Source: Candidatus Heimdallarchaeota archaeon | GTDB lineage: Archaea; Asgardarchaeota; Heimdallarchaeia; Heimdallarchaeales; Heimdallarchaeaceae | DNA length: 16,914 nt | Assembly: GCA_018238545.1 (NCBI GenBank) | Contig: JABCTC010000061.1 | Coordinates: 1 to 16,914 of the forward strand | Reading direction: 5' to 3' | Part shown: in pieces, positions 1-8,940 of the stretch | Position numbering within the stretch: position 1 is the first letter of the stretch | Layout of the letters: every line of letters begins with the position of its first letter | Program-made: the position numbers and the translations under genes | The notes under the pieces: generated by a model | What the model saw: the letters and a program-made list of their open reading frames with translations, nothing else | What the model was told of the DNA's origin: nothing | Database searches by the model: none

Positions 1-2
1 TC

Positions 3-674
3 ATTAGAAATTCTTCAGGTTCAATAGATTATCATCAGGAACATTATGTGTTTCTAGATGAAGGTGAGTTTTTGAATTGCACTGACTTTTTTGTTGAAGT
101 AAATGTGGCATTCGAATTCCAAAGTTTTAACGAATCTGGAAATATTAAGCTTGAATTTTTGAGTAGCTATGACTCAAACTCTTCTTTCTATTCAAAATCA
201 ATTGGCTATCTCTCGATTTATCATCAAGAATCTAATAATATGACTAATTATAGTCTGGAATATACTCACACTACTGGTGGTGTTTGTGGAAGTCGACCTA
301 TGGATAGCTATCCAATAATAAACGAAGTTATTTTTAGAGCTAATCGTACTGGTAGTACATTCTCTTTACAAATAGTGGATCCTAGTAGCGATACAATCAT
401 TTTGTCAGATCAAACAGGTTCTTGCATAAATTCTTCATTAAATCATATTCTTATAGACTACAAAACAAATTCAAGGAATGATAATTTTAATGCTACAGTT
501 TCTGATTGTTTTATGATGCTCGAAATAAATGCCACCTTCCCAACGCTCCCTCCAACATCTATTCCTAGCTATCCAACTGGGATTTCATTTAGCATTGGTT
601 TTTCAGGTATCCCTGCTCTTGCTGTTATGGTAGGTATCTTGTTTTATTCAAAATCGGTTAAGAAAAGAAAATAG
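3..674 (+). CDS. Secreted/cell-surface protein with C-terminal membrane anchor (5'-partial)
   Basis: Frame is open from position 3, so the gene starts left of the window. S/T/N-rich, with many N-x-S/T sequons, a Pro/Thr linker (PTLPPTSIPSYPT), a hydrophobic helix (GIPALAVMVGILFY) and a basic tail (KSVKKRK). Confidence 0.7.
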   Translation: MRNSSGSIDYHQEHYVFLDEGEFLNCTDFFVEVNVAFEFQSFNESGNIKLEFLSSYDSNSSFYSKSIGYLSIYHQESNNMTNYSLEYTHTTGGVCGSRPMDSYPIINEVIFRANRTGSTFSLQIVDPSSDTIILSDQTGSCINSSLNHILIDYKTNSRNDNFNATVSDCFMMLEINATFPTLPPTSIPSYPTGISFSIGFSGIPALAVMVGILFYSKSVKKRK

Positions 675-678
675 TTAA

Positions 679-701
679 CTTTTATTTTTTCAATTTTTTT
701 T
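679..701 (+). terminator. Oligo-T archaeal-type terminator
   Basis: T runs (ctttttattttttcaattttttttt-like) directly after the stop at 674. Confidence 0.45.
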
Positions 702-804
702 GAATAATATTAATACTTCTTGGGAGAATTTTATTGTTTATTCTAATCCATTAAGGTATGCCGAATTATTATTATAGAGAAAATAATACTATTCATTGGG
801 ATTC

Positions 805-822
805 AGACAATAAGTATTGTCT
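805..822. promoter_or_regulatory. Palindromic operator-like site AGACAATA-AG-TATTGTCT
   Basis: Perfect 8-bp inverted repeat with a 2-nt spacer, about 40 bp upstream of the ATG at 863. Confidence 0.45.
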
Positions 823-862
823 TATACTTTGAATTCACAAGAAATATCCCGGTGGAAAAGGC

Positions 863-1039
863 ATGAAAGAAAACCAAATAACTGAACAAAACTCTGAAAC
901 TAGAATAGAAGAAGTATTGAATGATAATATTGTAGATAAAAAACAAATCAATCCAGTATTGAAGGTGATTTTTCTAGGTATATTAACTCTCTTAACTATT
1001 ACATCTGTTGCAGCTTTAAATTTTTCAGAAAAGAAATAG
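863..1039 (+). pseudogene. 58-aa N-terminal fragment of a membrane-anchored protein (not in ORF track)
   Basis: MKENQITEQNSETRIEEVLNDNIVDKKQINPVLKVIFLGILTLLTITSVAALNFSEKK*. GGTGG RBS-like site at 851-855; acidic N-terminus followed by a signal-anchor helix; ends abruptly where the opposite-strand USP fragment begins. Confidence 0.55.
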
Positions 1040-1242
1040 ATGACATCTATTTTAGTGTTGAAATGTTTGTTTAACTCTCCTGCTATTAGTATTACGGTTC
1101 TAGATTTTGCTGTGCCATCAACAATGATCAAAGCTTTCTCTATAGGTGGTTGCTCAATTTTAACAGAAGGGAGGAGCTCAGAAATCTTTTTTAGAGTATC
1201 TTCTAAAATGACCTTCTGTTTATTGGGATCCATAATGCTCAT
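1022..1242 (-). pseudogene. Universal stress protein (USP)-like N-terminal fragment
   Basis: IEKALIIVDGTAKSRTVILIAGELNKHFNTKIDVIYFF matches the USP beta1-alpha1-beta2 pattern (kkILVavDGS..s..al..a..la......l.vlhv). The rest of the 135-aa ORF (835-1021) is the antisense of the 863 gene. Confidence 0.55.
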
Positions 1243-1326
1243 TACGCTTCACTAAAAAGCAAACCTAAAAAAGTTTTAGATATGAATATCAAAATATTGC
1301 TCTTTAAGGGGTTGTAGCTTTGAAAT

Positions 1327-1971
1327 ATGATGTGTGTAGAATTTTCTTGTATTGTGATAGATGGACATGGATTAGCATCAGTTATTCTTTCTTACAATAC
1401 TTCTGCAGGATGGACAGATATCCCAATGACAGAAACAGAAGAAAATAGATATTCTGTCAGTCTTACGAATTCGGAATCACTTCACTGCATTCTGTATAAG
1501 ATTTCCGCAACTGATAGTTTAGAAAATACCCAGGTAAGTACAACACGTGAACTAATCTTTCATGAAACGATTTTACCTGAAGTAACAGACATCAAACTTG
1601 ATCCTAAAAGGCCTAAGAGCGGGGAAGAAGTGGAAATATCCTTTAATGCTTATGATTCATCTGGATTGAAAAAAATCGTTTTTTCCTACAATTTTGAAGG
1701 AATTTGGAAGAACAAATCAATATACGATGTAGAACAAGAACATTTCAGTGTGATTCTCCAGATACCTGAAGAAGGAAGTGTTATTCAGTTCAAAATTTAT
1801 GTATTTGATGTTTGGGAAAACTGTTACATAACTGAGATAATTTCTGTTGATTTAAACGTTAGTTCCACAGATGTTTCGCCACTATTTATTGTATTAGCTA
1901 TTACATTTTTGTCTTCAACTTATCTGTTGAGTAAGAGAAATGGTAGAAAAAACAGGTTCAACAAGAACTAA
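1327..1971 (+). CDS. Surface protein with two Ig-like repeats and C-terminal TM anchor (probably 5'-truncated)
   Basis: Two repeats of D..G...V.LSY.....W....(M).......Y/F.V.L.......I.Y/FKI...D...N; C-terminal hydrophobic helix plus basic tail; no signal peptide, and an in-frame TGA at 1321. Confidence 0.65.
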   Translation: MMCVEFSCIVIDGHGLASVILSYNTSAGWTDIPMTETEENRYSVSLTNSESLHCILYKISATDSLENTQVSTTRELIFHETILPEVTDIKLDPKRPKSGEEVEISFNAYDSSGLKKIVFSYNFEGIWKNKSIYDVEQEHFSVILQIPEEGSVIQFKIYVFDVWENCYITEIISVDLNVSSTDVSPLFIVLAITFLSSTYLLSKRNGRKNRFNKN

Positions 1972-2078
1972 CAAACTTTTCTATCAAACATTTTTTCTTT
2001 TTTTGATCACTTCTCTTAAATTTAACATTGTGATAAGATATAGAAAGTCTATTTAATGAACAAGAGGTTAAAATAAAT

Positions 2079-2900
2079 ATGCCTAATATAGAGACTAATG
2101 ACATCATGACATACTATGAAATTCAGGGACAAGGGGACCCCCTCATATTCGTTCATGGAGGTTTAGTTACTTCTACTATGTGGCAATATCAAGTAGATTA
2201 CTTTTCTAAGTTCTATAAAGTTATTACATATGATATCAGAGGGCATGGAAAAACAGGAATTTCACCATTAAGAAAATATTCCATTGAATTATTTGCAGAT
2301 GATCTAAAAAAATTAATTGAAAAATTGAAAATAACCAAACCTATTATATGTGGGTTATCCTTGGGTGGAATGATTGCGCAAGCTTATGCCACGAAATACC
2401 TGCAAGATTTGAAGACACTAATCTTGAGCGATACTGCCATTTCAACCTCTTTAACATGTTGGGATAAACTTATGGTTTACATTTTATTTCCAAAATGGAT
2501 AATGATACCGACATTGCGTATGATGGGTGTGAGAAATTTTATCAAGTTTTCCTTTTGGTTTGCAAAATTAACAAGAGGAAAAGAGTGGATTGGCAATAAA
2601 GAAATTGAGGAATATGAAAGAAATGAAATGCTGAAAATGGACAAAAAAGAGTATTTGAAAGTATTCGGAGCCATTTATGATTTCAAACTTCAAGATTTAT
2701 CTAAAATAAATTTGCCTACTTTGGTTCTTAATGGTGAGAATGAATCAAAGTCCGTGCATTATCATGCAGAAGTAATGAAAAATTTAATGCCAAATTGTAA
2801 ATCAGGAATTATACCTAACGCGGGACATACTTCAAACCTTGAAAATCCCAAGGAATTCAATAAAGCTTTGAAAAAGTTTCTTAATACACATCAAAATTAA
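2079..2900 (+). CDS. Alpha/beta-fold hydrolase (enol-lactonase/MenH-like)
   Basis: FVHG oxyanion motif, YDIRGHG, nucleophile elbow GLSLGG, LVLNGENE, catalytic His in AGHTSNLENP; GAGGT RBS upstream. Confidence 0.92.
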   Translation: MPNIETNDIMTYYEIQGQGDPLIFVHGGLVTSTMWQYQVDYFSKFYKVITYDIRGHGKTGISPLRKYSIELFADDLKKLIEKLKITKPIICGLSLGGMIAQAYATKYLQDLKTLILSDTAISTSLTCWDKLMVYILFPKWIMIPTLRMMGVRNFIKFSFWFAKLTRGKEWIGNKEIEEYERNEMLKMDKKEYLKVFGAIYDFKLQDLSKINLPTLVLNGENESKSVHYHAEVMKNLMPNCKSGIIPNAGHTSNLENPKEFNKALKKFLNTHQN

Positions 2901-3039
2901 AAAAATCTTCATCTCTACTCATAGCTAGTGAATTTTGGAAAAATTACTTAAATGTTATGCTTTCTTGAGTTAAATCAAATTCTTCAATAACAATATGTCA
3001 TTGCATTAAAGAAAAGCAATGTTTCTATTCAATTTGGAT

Positions 3040-3053
3040 AAACTTTAAATAAA
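3040..3053 (+). promoter_or_regulatory. Archaeal TATA-like promoter
   Basis: AAACTTTAAATAAA about 40-50 bp upstream of ATG 3093; AGGAG RBS at 3079-3083. Confidence 0.4.
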
Positions 3054-3092
3054 GCGAAACACTGCTTGTATTAAGTTAAGGAGCGGAAGAAT

Positions 3093-3641
3093 ATGGAAAA
3101 ATGGAAGGAAGAAATGTCTGCTATTCAAAGTGATATTGGTAGAGAAAGAAGAGCCACTTTTACAGCTCTTCCCGGTATTCAACCTTTGCTACCAACAGAC
3201 CTCGATCAGAAGAAAAGTCAGTTACAAGCTATAATTGATCGGTATCAAAACGGTGTAGTTCCCCAAATGAAGAAAGAGGGAAGAAATAACTTGATCTTTC
3301 ACAGCATCTATTATGCATTATTAACTGTATTTGCTGTGTTATCGTTTTTAAATGTAGGAACAGATGTGATTGCTCTACTTGGAACAATCGGTTTAACTGT
3401 AGTGGGAGGAGGTATTGATTTGCCAGCTATGATAAAAAGAATTATTCAAATGGTGAAACACATGCCTCTTCTAGAAAAATCAGTTAATTATTTCAACTTA
3501 GAACTAGGTTTAGCAAATGACTTTGAAACACTAGACAAATTAGAGGAAACACTAGAAAAGATTTCACATAAATCATTATCGGATTACAAAGAGTTCATCA
3601 AAATACTAATAGACATTAAGGAAATAGAAGATAATCGATAA
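3093..3641 (+). CDS. Hypothetical membrane protein with two TM helices
   Basis: Hydrophobic hairpin (LIFHSIYYALLTVFAVLSFL / VIALLGTIGLTVVGGGI) flanked by charged helical regions; own RBS and terminator. Confidence 0.7.
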   Translation: MEKWKEEMSAIQSDIGRERRATFTALPGIQPLLPTDLDQKKSQLQAIIDRYQNGVVPQMKKEGRNNLIFHSIYYALLTVFAVLSFLNVGTDVIALLGTIGLTVVGGGIDLPAMIKRIIQMVKHMPLLEKSVNYFNLELGLANDFETLDKLEETLEKISHKSLSDYKEFIKILIDIKEIEDNR

Positions 3642-3678
3642 CAAGATTTCTTGGAAATCTTGAATTTTTATTTTTTTC
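3642..3678 (+). terminator. Stem-loop plus T-tract terminator
   Basis: Perfect 9-bp stem CAAGATTTC-TTG-GAAATCTTG (3642-3662) immediately after the stop, followed by ttttta ttttttt. Confidence 0.65.
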
Positions 3679-3794
3679 AATATGATAGCAATAATTTTGA
3701 ATCACAAATGGGTTCTAGAAGTGAATAGCTGAAACATACTTTCATATACTCAAATGAAGTATTTATCTTCAATAAATATCTCAGAGGTATAATC

Positions 3795-4751
3795 TTGTTA
3801 AAGGCTGTTGATATAACTAAAGTCTATCCCTCAAATAGAGTAAGAGCATTAGAAAAATTTTCTATTGATATCAAACCTGGTGAGATAATGGGTTTACTCG
3901 GACCGAATGGAGCTGGTAAGTCAACTTTTGTGAGAATTGCTGTTGGAGTCTTGGATAGAGATTTAGGCTCATTATCAGTTTGCGGATATGATTCTGATTC
4001 AGAGAGGAAGAAGATCTCAAATTTAGTTTCATGGATTCCTCAAGAGGGAACCTCTAAGATGATTCTGAATAGAACTGGGCGAGAAAATATAATCTATTAT
4101 TCTTGGATAAAAGGATTATCGAGAAAAGAATCAGAACGAAGAATTGATGAGCTTTTGGAGAAATTGAATATTGACAAAAGGATATTAAATAAAACCTATC
4201 GTATTATGAGTGGAGGTCAAAAACAGTTAACTAACATTATTAATGGCTTGATTATGGATTCAAAATTGTTGTTCTGTGATGAGATATCTGTAAGTATTGA
4301 TCCAATTATAACAAAGTCAATTTATGATTATCTCAGAGAATACACCTCTGATGGACGCGCTGTTCTTCTTACTTCACAAAATATATCTGAAGTGGAAAAT
4401 CTTTCAGATCGAATAGCAATAATTCAATCTGGAAAGTTAGTGGCACTTGATAAACCACGAGAAATTTCTAAAAAAATACTGAAATATGAGGTAATTGATC
4501 TGATATTTGAGAATGACGTAGTTGAAAATAAGGCTTTTTCAAGTTTTAATTCTGAGTTAGAAGAACAAAAGTATTTTCAATCCGAAGAGCTCAATAATAA
4601 TGTTCTCCATATTAGGTCAGATAATGCTAATAAACTACTCAAATCTATCCTGGTTTTACTAGAGAAATATTCCTTGAATCCATCGATAGAATCTGGTAAA
4701 GCTAATCTTAGCATGGCTCTTCAAATGTTGAAAAAGGAGGAAGAAAAATGA
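3795..4751 (+). CDS. ABC-2 type exporter ATP-binding subunit
   Basis: Walker A GPNGAGKS, Q-loop WIPQE, signature MSGGQKQ, Walker B LLFCDE; TTG start after GAGGT. Confidence 0.93.
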   Translation: MLKAVDITKVYPSNRVRALEKFSIDIKPGEIMGLLGPNGAGKSTFVRIAVGVLDRDLGSLSVCGYDSDSERKKISNLVSWIPQEGTSKMILNRTGRENIIYYSWIKGLSRKESERRIDELLEKLNIDKRILNKTYRIMSGGQKQLTNIINGLIMDSKLLFCDEISVSIDPIITKSIYDYLREYTSDGRAVLLTSQNISEVENLSDRIAIIQSGKLVALDKPREISKKILKYEVIDLIFENDVVENKAFSSFNSELEEQKYFQSEELNNNVLHIRSDNANKLLKSILVLLEKYSLNPSIESGKANLSMALQMLKKEEEK

Positions 4752-5590
4752 AAACTTTTTATGCAAATTTCTGGAGAGAAATGAAATACAATCTCGGTCG
4801 GAGAGGTGTATGGATGGGACGATTGGTAAATGTTTCTGTCTCCATACTTACAGCTTTTGCAATGGGAATCATCTACTCTTTCAGTTCTGATGCTCAATCG
4901 ATTGTGGGAATAGCTAATGTAGGCTTATTTCTTTTAACTGGTTTTTTCTTACAGTATTTAGTTCTTTCAAGTGTAACTATAGCCCCAAATACTTTTTGGA
5001 GTGATATAAGGAATGGATCTTTTGAATTCATTTTTTATTATGAATTTAGTATCTCTGAATATATCTTTGGGATTTACTTTGCCCAATTCATTATAGATTT
5101 CGTTATTTCTCTACCTTTTCTAATAGCAATTATCATCGTAGCAGCAATAAATTCAATTCCAGTTATTTTAATCATCGCTTTCATAGGTTTTCTCATTTTT
5201 TCTTTCTTATGTTTATTTTCTATTACAATGTTGTTCGCTTCACTCTATGTTCTTAGTAAACAATTTATGGGTTATCACGGAGCTGTTACTTATATAGCCT
5301 ATTTCGTATGTGGTGTCTATTTCCCCATTTTAGGATATCTCTCTCTCTTTGGACAAACAGCAGGATGGGCGATAATTGGAATAATCTCTATTTTTCCATA
5401 TACACAAGTATTTGATATTGCTAGATATATTATTTTTGGTTCAAGTTACACCCTCGCCTATCCTGCACTTTGGGTTGCTTTTCTGATAATGATTTCCAGT
5501 TCGATTATTTTTTATTTCTTATCATTAATTATTTTCAGGAAAGGTTTCAAAAATCTGAGAAAGGAAGGGTTCGCAGCTTACCGTTACTAA
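4748..5590 (+). CDS. ABC-2 type exporter permease
   Basis: About 6 TM helices, DIRNGSFE motif (E..GT.E-like), late FP/P..Y motifs; ATGA overlap with the ATPase stop and GGAGG RBS. Confidence 0.88.
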   Translation: MKTFYANFWREMKYNLGRRGVWMGRLVNVSVSILTAFAMGIIYSFSSDAQSIVGIANVGLFLLTGFFLQYLVLSSVTIAPNTFWSDIRNGSFEFIFYYEFSISEYIFGIYFAQFIIDFVISLPFLIAIIIVAAINSIPVILIIAFIGFLIFSFLCLFSITMLFASLYVLSKQFMGYHGAVTYIAYFVCGVYFPILGYLSLFGQTAGWAIIGIISIFPYTQVFDIARYIIFGSSYTLAYPALWVAFLIMISSSIIFYFLSLIIFRKGFKNLRKEGFAAYRY

Positions 5591-5660
5591 TTATCTCACC
5601 CAGAAAATTTAATATCAAGTTATACTACTTTCTAGAAAGAGTTGAATTCGAGGGAATAAA

Positions 5661-6764
5661 ATGAATAAGGAAGAACAACCATTAACCCCTACATTGCCTT
5701 ACGTTTTTCAAACCAAAGTTACTCAACAAGGCATTATAACAATCCCTTTCTCTTTGAAATTAGTTTTAGATAATCATTATCTGTTCAACTTTCAACCTCT
5801 GAAAAGTGAAATCATTTATTCCCAGGTTAAACAGATAAAACACTCAGGACAAAGACAATATGTTTCTTGTCGCATTAAATCTCCTTTCTTACAAAAGGGA
5901 GATGAAGTAAAGGTTACCATAGTCAAGGAATTTAAAGCTTCAGAAGAGTTTACTGTTGATGATGAAGATGAAGAGTATTCCCTTCTTTTTAACCAAACTG
6001 TTAGATGTTTGTTCCTGTACTCTTTTCAAGAGAAAGATGAAATCTTAACCGCAGAAGAGAGCAAGGACTTTCTAGGAGAGCATCCAAATTTCACTAGGCA
6101 TGAGTTTATCAAGAACTCCCTTGATCTGCTTAATAAGAAAGATGATATATTCACAAAAGAGGAAAAAGAATTCTTTGATATATTACGTTTCAAAAATTAT
6201 GCGGTAATTAGGTTCGTTGGGAAAAAACGCGCTTTGAGTTTTGATGTCCTTCAGCAAAAACCTTCAGAAGAGGCAAAGAAAGCCTATGAAACACATATCC
6301 CATTTGTCTTTATTGTGCTTACGAAGATTGATTATACGCAATTTTTACTCTCTCAACATCTTAGGACTAGGTTCAAACTCTTTCTAGATAAATTTCAAAG
6401 TGTGTCATCTTATCTTCCTTATGTGATTAAGGAGTTTTCTTCACTTCTACAGAGCGATATATTTGAGATAATGACAAAGTTTGATGATAGTACAAGAAAA
6501 TTCAATAGCCTTGATGATGTGAGATTCTGGTTTTTTATACCAGCTGAATATCATGATTTAATCAAGAAAATCCAGATGGAATTTTACTCAGGAAAGAAGT
6601 TTGTAAAAATAAACGAGTTGATAGAATCAATGAAAACAGAAAAGGGAAACACTGAGGCAAAACAACTAGTAGTTAATGCAATAGAATGGTTGTATAGGCA
6701 CCAAGTAATCAATGTAAGAGAGATGGATGGAGAGAAAATAATGGAGATATATAAGATTGAATAA
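5661..6764 (+). CDS. Multidomain putative regulator: N-terminal AbrB/SpoVT-like DNA-binding region, C-terminal winged-helix-like region
   Basis: TKVTQQGIITIP..LK..L and LQKGDEVKVTI resemble AbrB/MazE swapped-hairpin motifs; acidic linker EEFTVDDEDEEY; C-terminal VKINELIESM...VVNAIEWLYRHQVINVRE resembles wHTH. Confidence 0.5.
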   Translation: MNKEEQPLTPTLPYVFQTKVTQQGIITIPFSLKLVLDNHYLFNFQPLKSEIIYSQVKQIKHSGQRQYVSCRIKSPFLQKGDEVKVTIVKEFKASEEFTVDDEDEEYSLLFNQTVRCLFLYSFQEKDEILTAEESKDFLGEHPNFTRHEFIKNSLDLLNKKDDIFTKEEKEFFDILRFKNYAVIRFVGKKRALSFDVLQQKPSEEAKKAYETHIPFVFIVLTKIDYTQFLLSQHLRTRFKLFLDKFQSVSSYLPYVIKEFSSLLQSDIFEIMTKFDDSTRKFNSLDDVRFWFFIPAEYHDLIKKIQMEFYSGKKFVKINELIESMKTEKGNTEAKQLVVNAIEWLYRHQVINVREMDGEKIMEIYKIE

Positions 6765-7563
6765 ACACAACAAGAAGATAAATTCTCAAGTCATAAGCTT
6801 CTATTCTTATAGAGGTGGAACAGGAAAATCAACCATCGCTTCGAACCTTGCTATCATCTCCTCAAAAAAATACAAAACAATTCTAGTTGATTTAGATCTC
6901 TATTCTCCTCAATTAACATATATCTTTGAGAAAACAAGTGAGAACTACATAAATGATTATCTGCACTCCTCTCTCTTTACATCTAAACATGCTAAAAATC
7001 GAATTGAAAGCTTAGATGAGGTGATTTGTGAAAGCTCGTTTAAGAACCTTGATTTAGTATTGGCAAACCCTAGGATGTCTCTTACTGATAACACAATTTT
7101 ACATGATGAAATAATTACAAAAAAGGTTTTTCCTTGCTTCCAACATATGATAGAATTACTCAAAACCCAATATGAAGTAATAATCCTCGATTGCCCTGGA
7201 GAATTGAATTACTATACACTTAATGGTATAGCTGTAGCAGATAGAGCTGTAGCAGTAAGTATTCCCACCATTGCTAATGTTAAGGGAATGATAGAGTTAT
7301 TGAAAATTTTTAGTTCTGCACTTCAAGGTAAAAAAACTGATATTATTCTGATGATGATAACCCCAAGACCATCAAAAACAAAAGTAGAAAAATTAGAGAA
7401 ATGGAAACAAGAACTGGAAAAATATTCTCTAGAAAATTATCTTTGTTTTGATTATTCAGAAAATATTGCTTATAGGCATCAATTTGAAGATGACTTCTTT
7501 TATCTCCCAGAAGAAGAGGAGTATCAGAAATTGGAAGAATATTTGGCAGCAATTCTGAAGTGA
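6757..7563 (+). CDS. MinD/ParA-family (SIMIBI) ATPase
   Basis: Deviant Walker A SYRGGTGKST, switch I ILVDLDLYSP, Walker B YEVIILDCPG; overlaps the upstream stop. Confidence 0.9.
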   Translation: MNKHNKKINSQVISFYSYRGGTGKSTIASNLAIISSKKYKTILVDLDLYSPQLTYIFEKTSENYINDYLHSSLFTSKHAKNRIESLDEVICESSFKNLDLVLANPRMSLTDNTILHDEIITKKVFPCFQHMIELLKTQYEVIILDCPGELNYYTLNGIAVADRAVAVSIPTIANVKGMIELLKIFSSALQGKKTDIILMMITPRPSKTKVEKLEKWKQELEKYSLENYLCFDYSENIAYRHQFEDDFFYLPEEEEYQKLEEYLAAILK

Positions 7564-8891
7564 TTAAAATGGAACTCAAAACTTTACTATCACTGAAGAA
7601 AAAGGGAAAATGGATACATTATAATCTGATAAATCAAACAATGGTAAGAACTTCTCTTTCTCCAACAGAGCTAGATAGATCTCCTGCAGAAATCAAGAAA
7701 GAGCTGTTGTATGGAACAGATAAGGATTTGTTAATTAAATCTAATAGACATTATTATCAACAAGTTAGAGAAGAAATTACGAAGAGAAGAGAGTGGAACA
7801 CGCCTTTTCTATCAAGAAGTGAAGTAACTGTAACCTTATGGTACGATTGTAACTTTGCTTGCCCATATTGTTACCAAAAAGAAGAATATTATGATAAGGC
7901 AAAAGAAAGTGATGAAATCAATATTGAAAAGGCCATAGAATTCTTCAGAATAAAATCAAAAAATGGTGAGTTTCCTCCAAAAACTGTAGTTTTGATAGGT
8001 GGTGAACCTTTACTAAAAGGTAAGAAAAATAGAGATACTATAATAACACTCCTGAGAGCTCTCAATAAACTCTTTCTTGGAATTGAAATACACGTTATAT
8101 CCAATGGATATTATTTAGAAGAATATGCGGATACGCTTTCCCAATTCAATAATTTGAATATCGGATTAACAATTACGCTAGGATCTACAAGAAAGAAACA
8201 CAAGTTTGAAAGAATACTTAGAACTAAAAATTCAGAAGATACTTTTGAAAAAATATTTGTAGGCATGAAGTATTTTAGGAAGCAAATTCCTAAAGGTGGA
8301 ATTGTTATTAGAATGAATTTTGGACCAGATTACAACGAAGTAAATGAAACTACGGATTTGATGTATTTGATTAAAGAAGAAATACCCAATGTGAAATTTG
8401 AACTTTCTCCAGTCGTCTCATTTTCTAACCATCAAGAAATCAGTCTAGGTTTTTTCAAATTAATTAAGGAATTGATGATAAGCGAGGACTTCTCAAAGTC
8501 TTTCAAAATGAAATTAAATGATAATCTATATTACTTGTTACGTAATTCAATTCCACAACTAACAAAAAAAGAAATTTCATCAAAAAAGAAAATATGTAGT
8601 GCTGTTCTTTTAACAACAAACTATGATTTGTTTTCTGATTTCCAAATTCAACCTTGCGAGGATTTTAGAAACTATGAGAGTATAGATGGCGTCAATTTGA
8701 AGATATCAGAAGCTTTCATTGAATATCTTGATAAGAGAGTTGAGCAATGTATAGACTGTCCATTTTTTGTGGGATGTATCTCACATCCCTGTGAGATAGT
8801 AAAAAGAGCAACTCTAGAAAAAAGAGTTTGTTATGGGAGAGAACTATTACCACTTTTACAAATTATTGAAGAATTTTATTTAACAAAATAA
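7560..8891 (+). CDS. Radical SAM/SPASM-domain peptide maturase
   Basis: CNFACPYC (CxxxCxxC), GGEPLL, ISNG; C-terminal Cys array C-x19-C (QIQPC)...CIDCPFFVGCISHPC...C typical of SPASM; about 80-aa N-terminal extension compatible with a RiPP recognition element. Confidence 0.9.
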   Translation: MIKMELKTLLSLKKKGKWIHYNLINQTMVRTSLSPTELDRSPAEIKKELLYGTDKDLLIKSNRHYYQQVREEITKRREWNTPFLSRSEVTVTLWYDCNFACPYCYQKEEYYDKAKESDEINIEKAIEFFRIKSKNGEFPPKTVVLIGGEPLLKGKKNRDTIITLLRALNKLFLGIEIHVISNGYYLEEYADTLSQFNNLNIGLTITLGSTRKKHKFERILRTKNSEDTFEKIFVGMKYFRKQIPKGGIVIRMNFGPDYNEVNETTDLMYLIKEEIPNVKFELSPVVSFSNHQEISLGFFKLIKELMISEDFSKSFKMKLNDNLYYLLRNSIPQLTKKEISSKKKICSAVLLTTNYDLFSDFQIQPCEDFRNYESIDGVNLKISEAFIEYLDKRVEQCIDCPFFVGCISHPCEIVKRATLEKRVCYGRELLPLLQIIEEFYLTK

Positions 8892-8940
8892 TAGGATAAA
8901 TTTAAAAGAGTGTATGTCACTTAGAAGACAAGGTGATTCA

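Noticed and set aside
835-1021. C-terminal half of the 135-aa minus-strand ORF as real protein
   Set aside because: It is the antisense of the RBS-bearing + strand ORF 863-1039 and has shadow-like composition.
2079-2900. Alpha/beta hydrolase as leader peptidase of the RiPP cluster
   Set aside because: Separated from the cluster by another gene and a terminator, and it looks like a generic lactonase/esterase; no positive evidence.
6805-6835. K>R change in the MinD deviant Walker A (YRGGTGKS) as a novelty
   Set aside because: RGGTGKS variants occur in other MinD-like proteins; not distinctive on its own.
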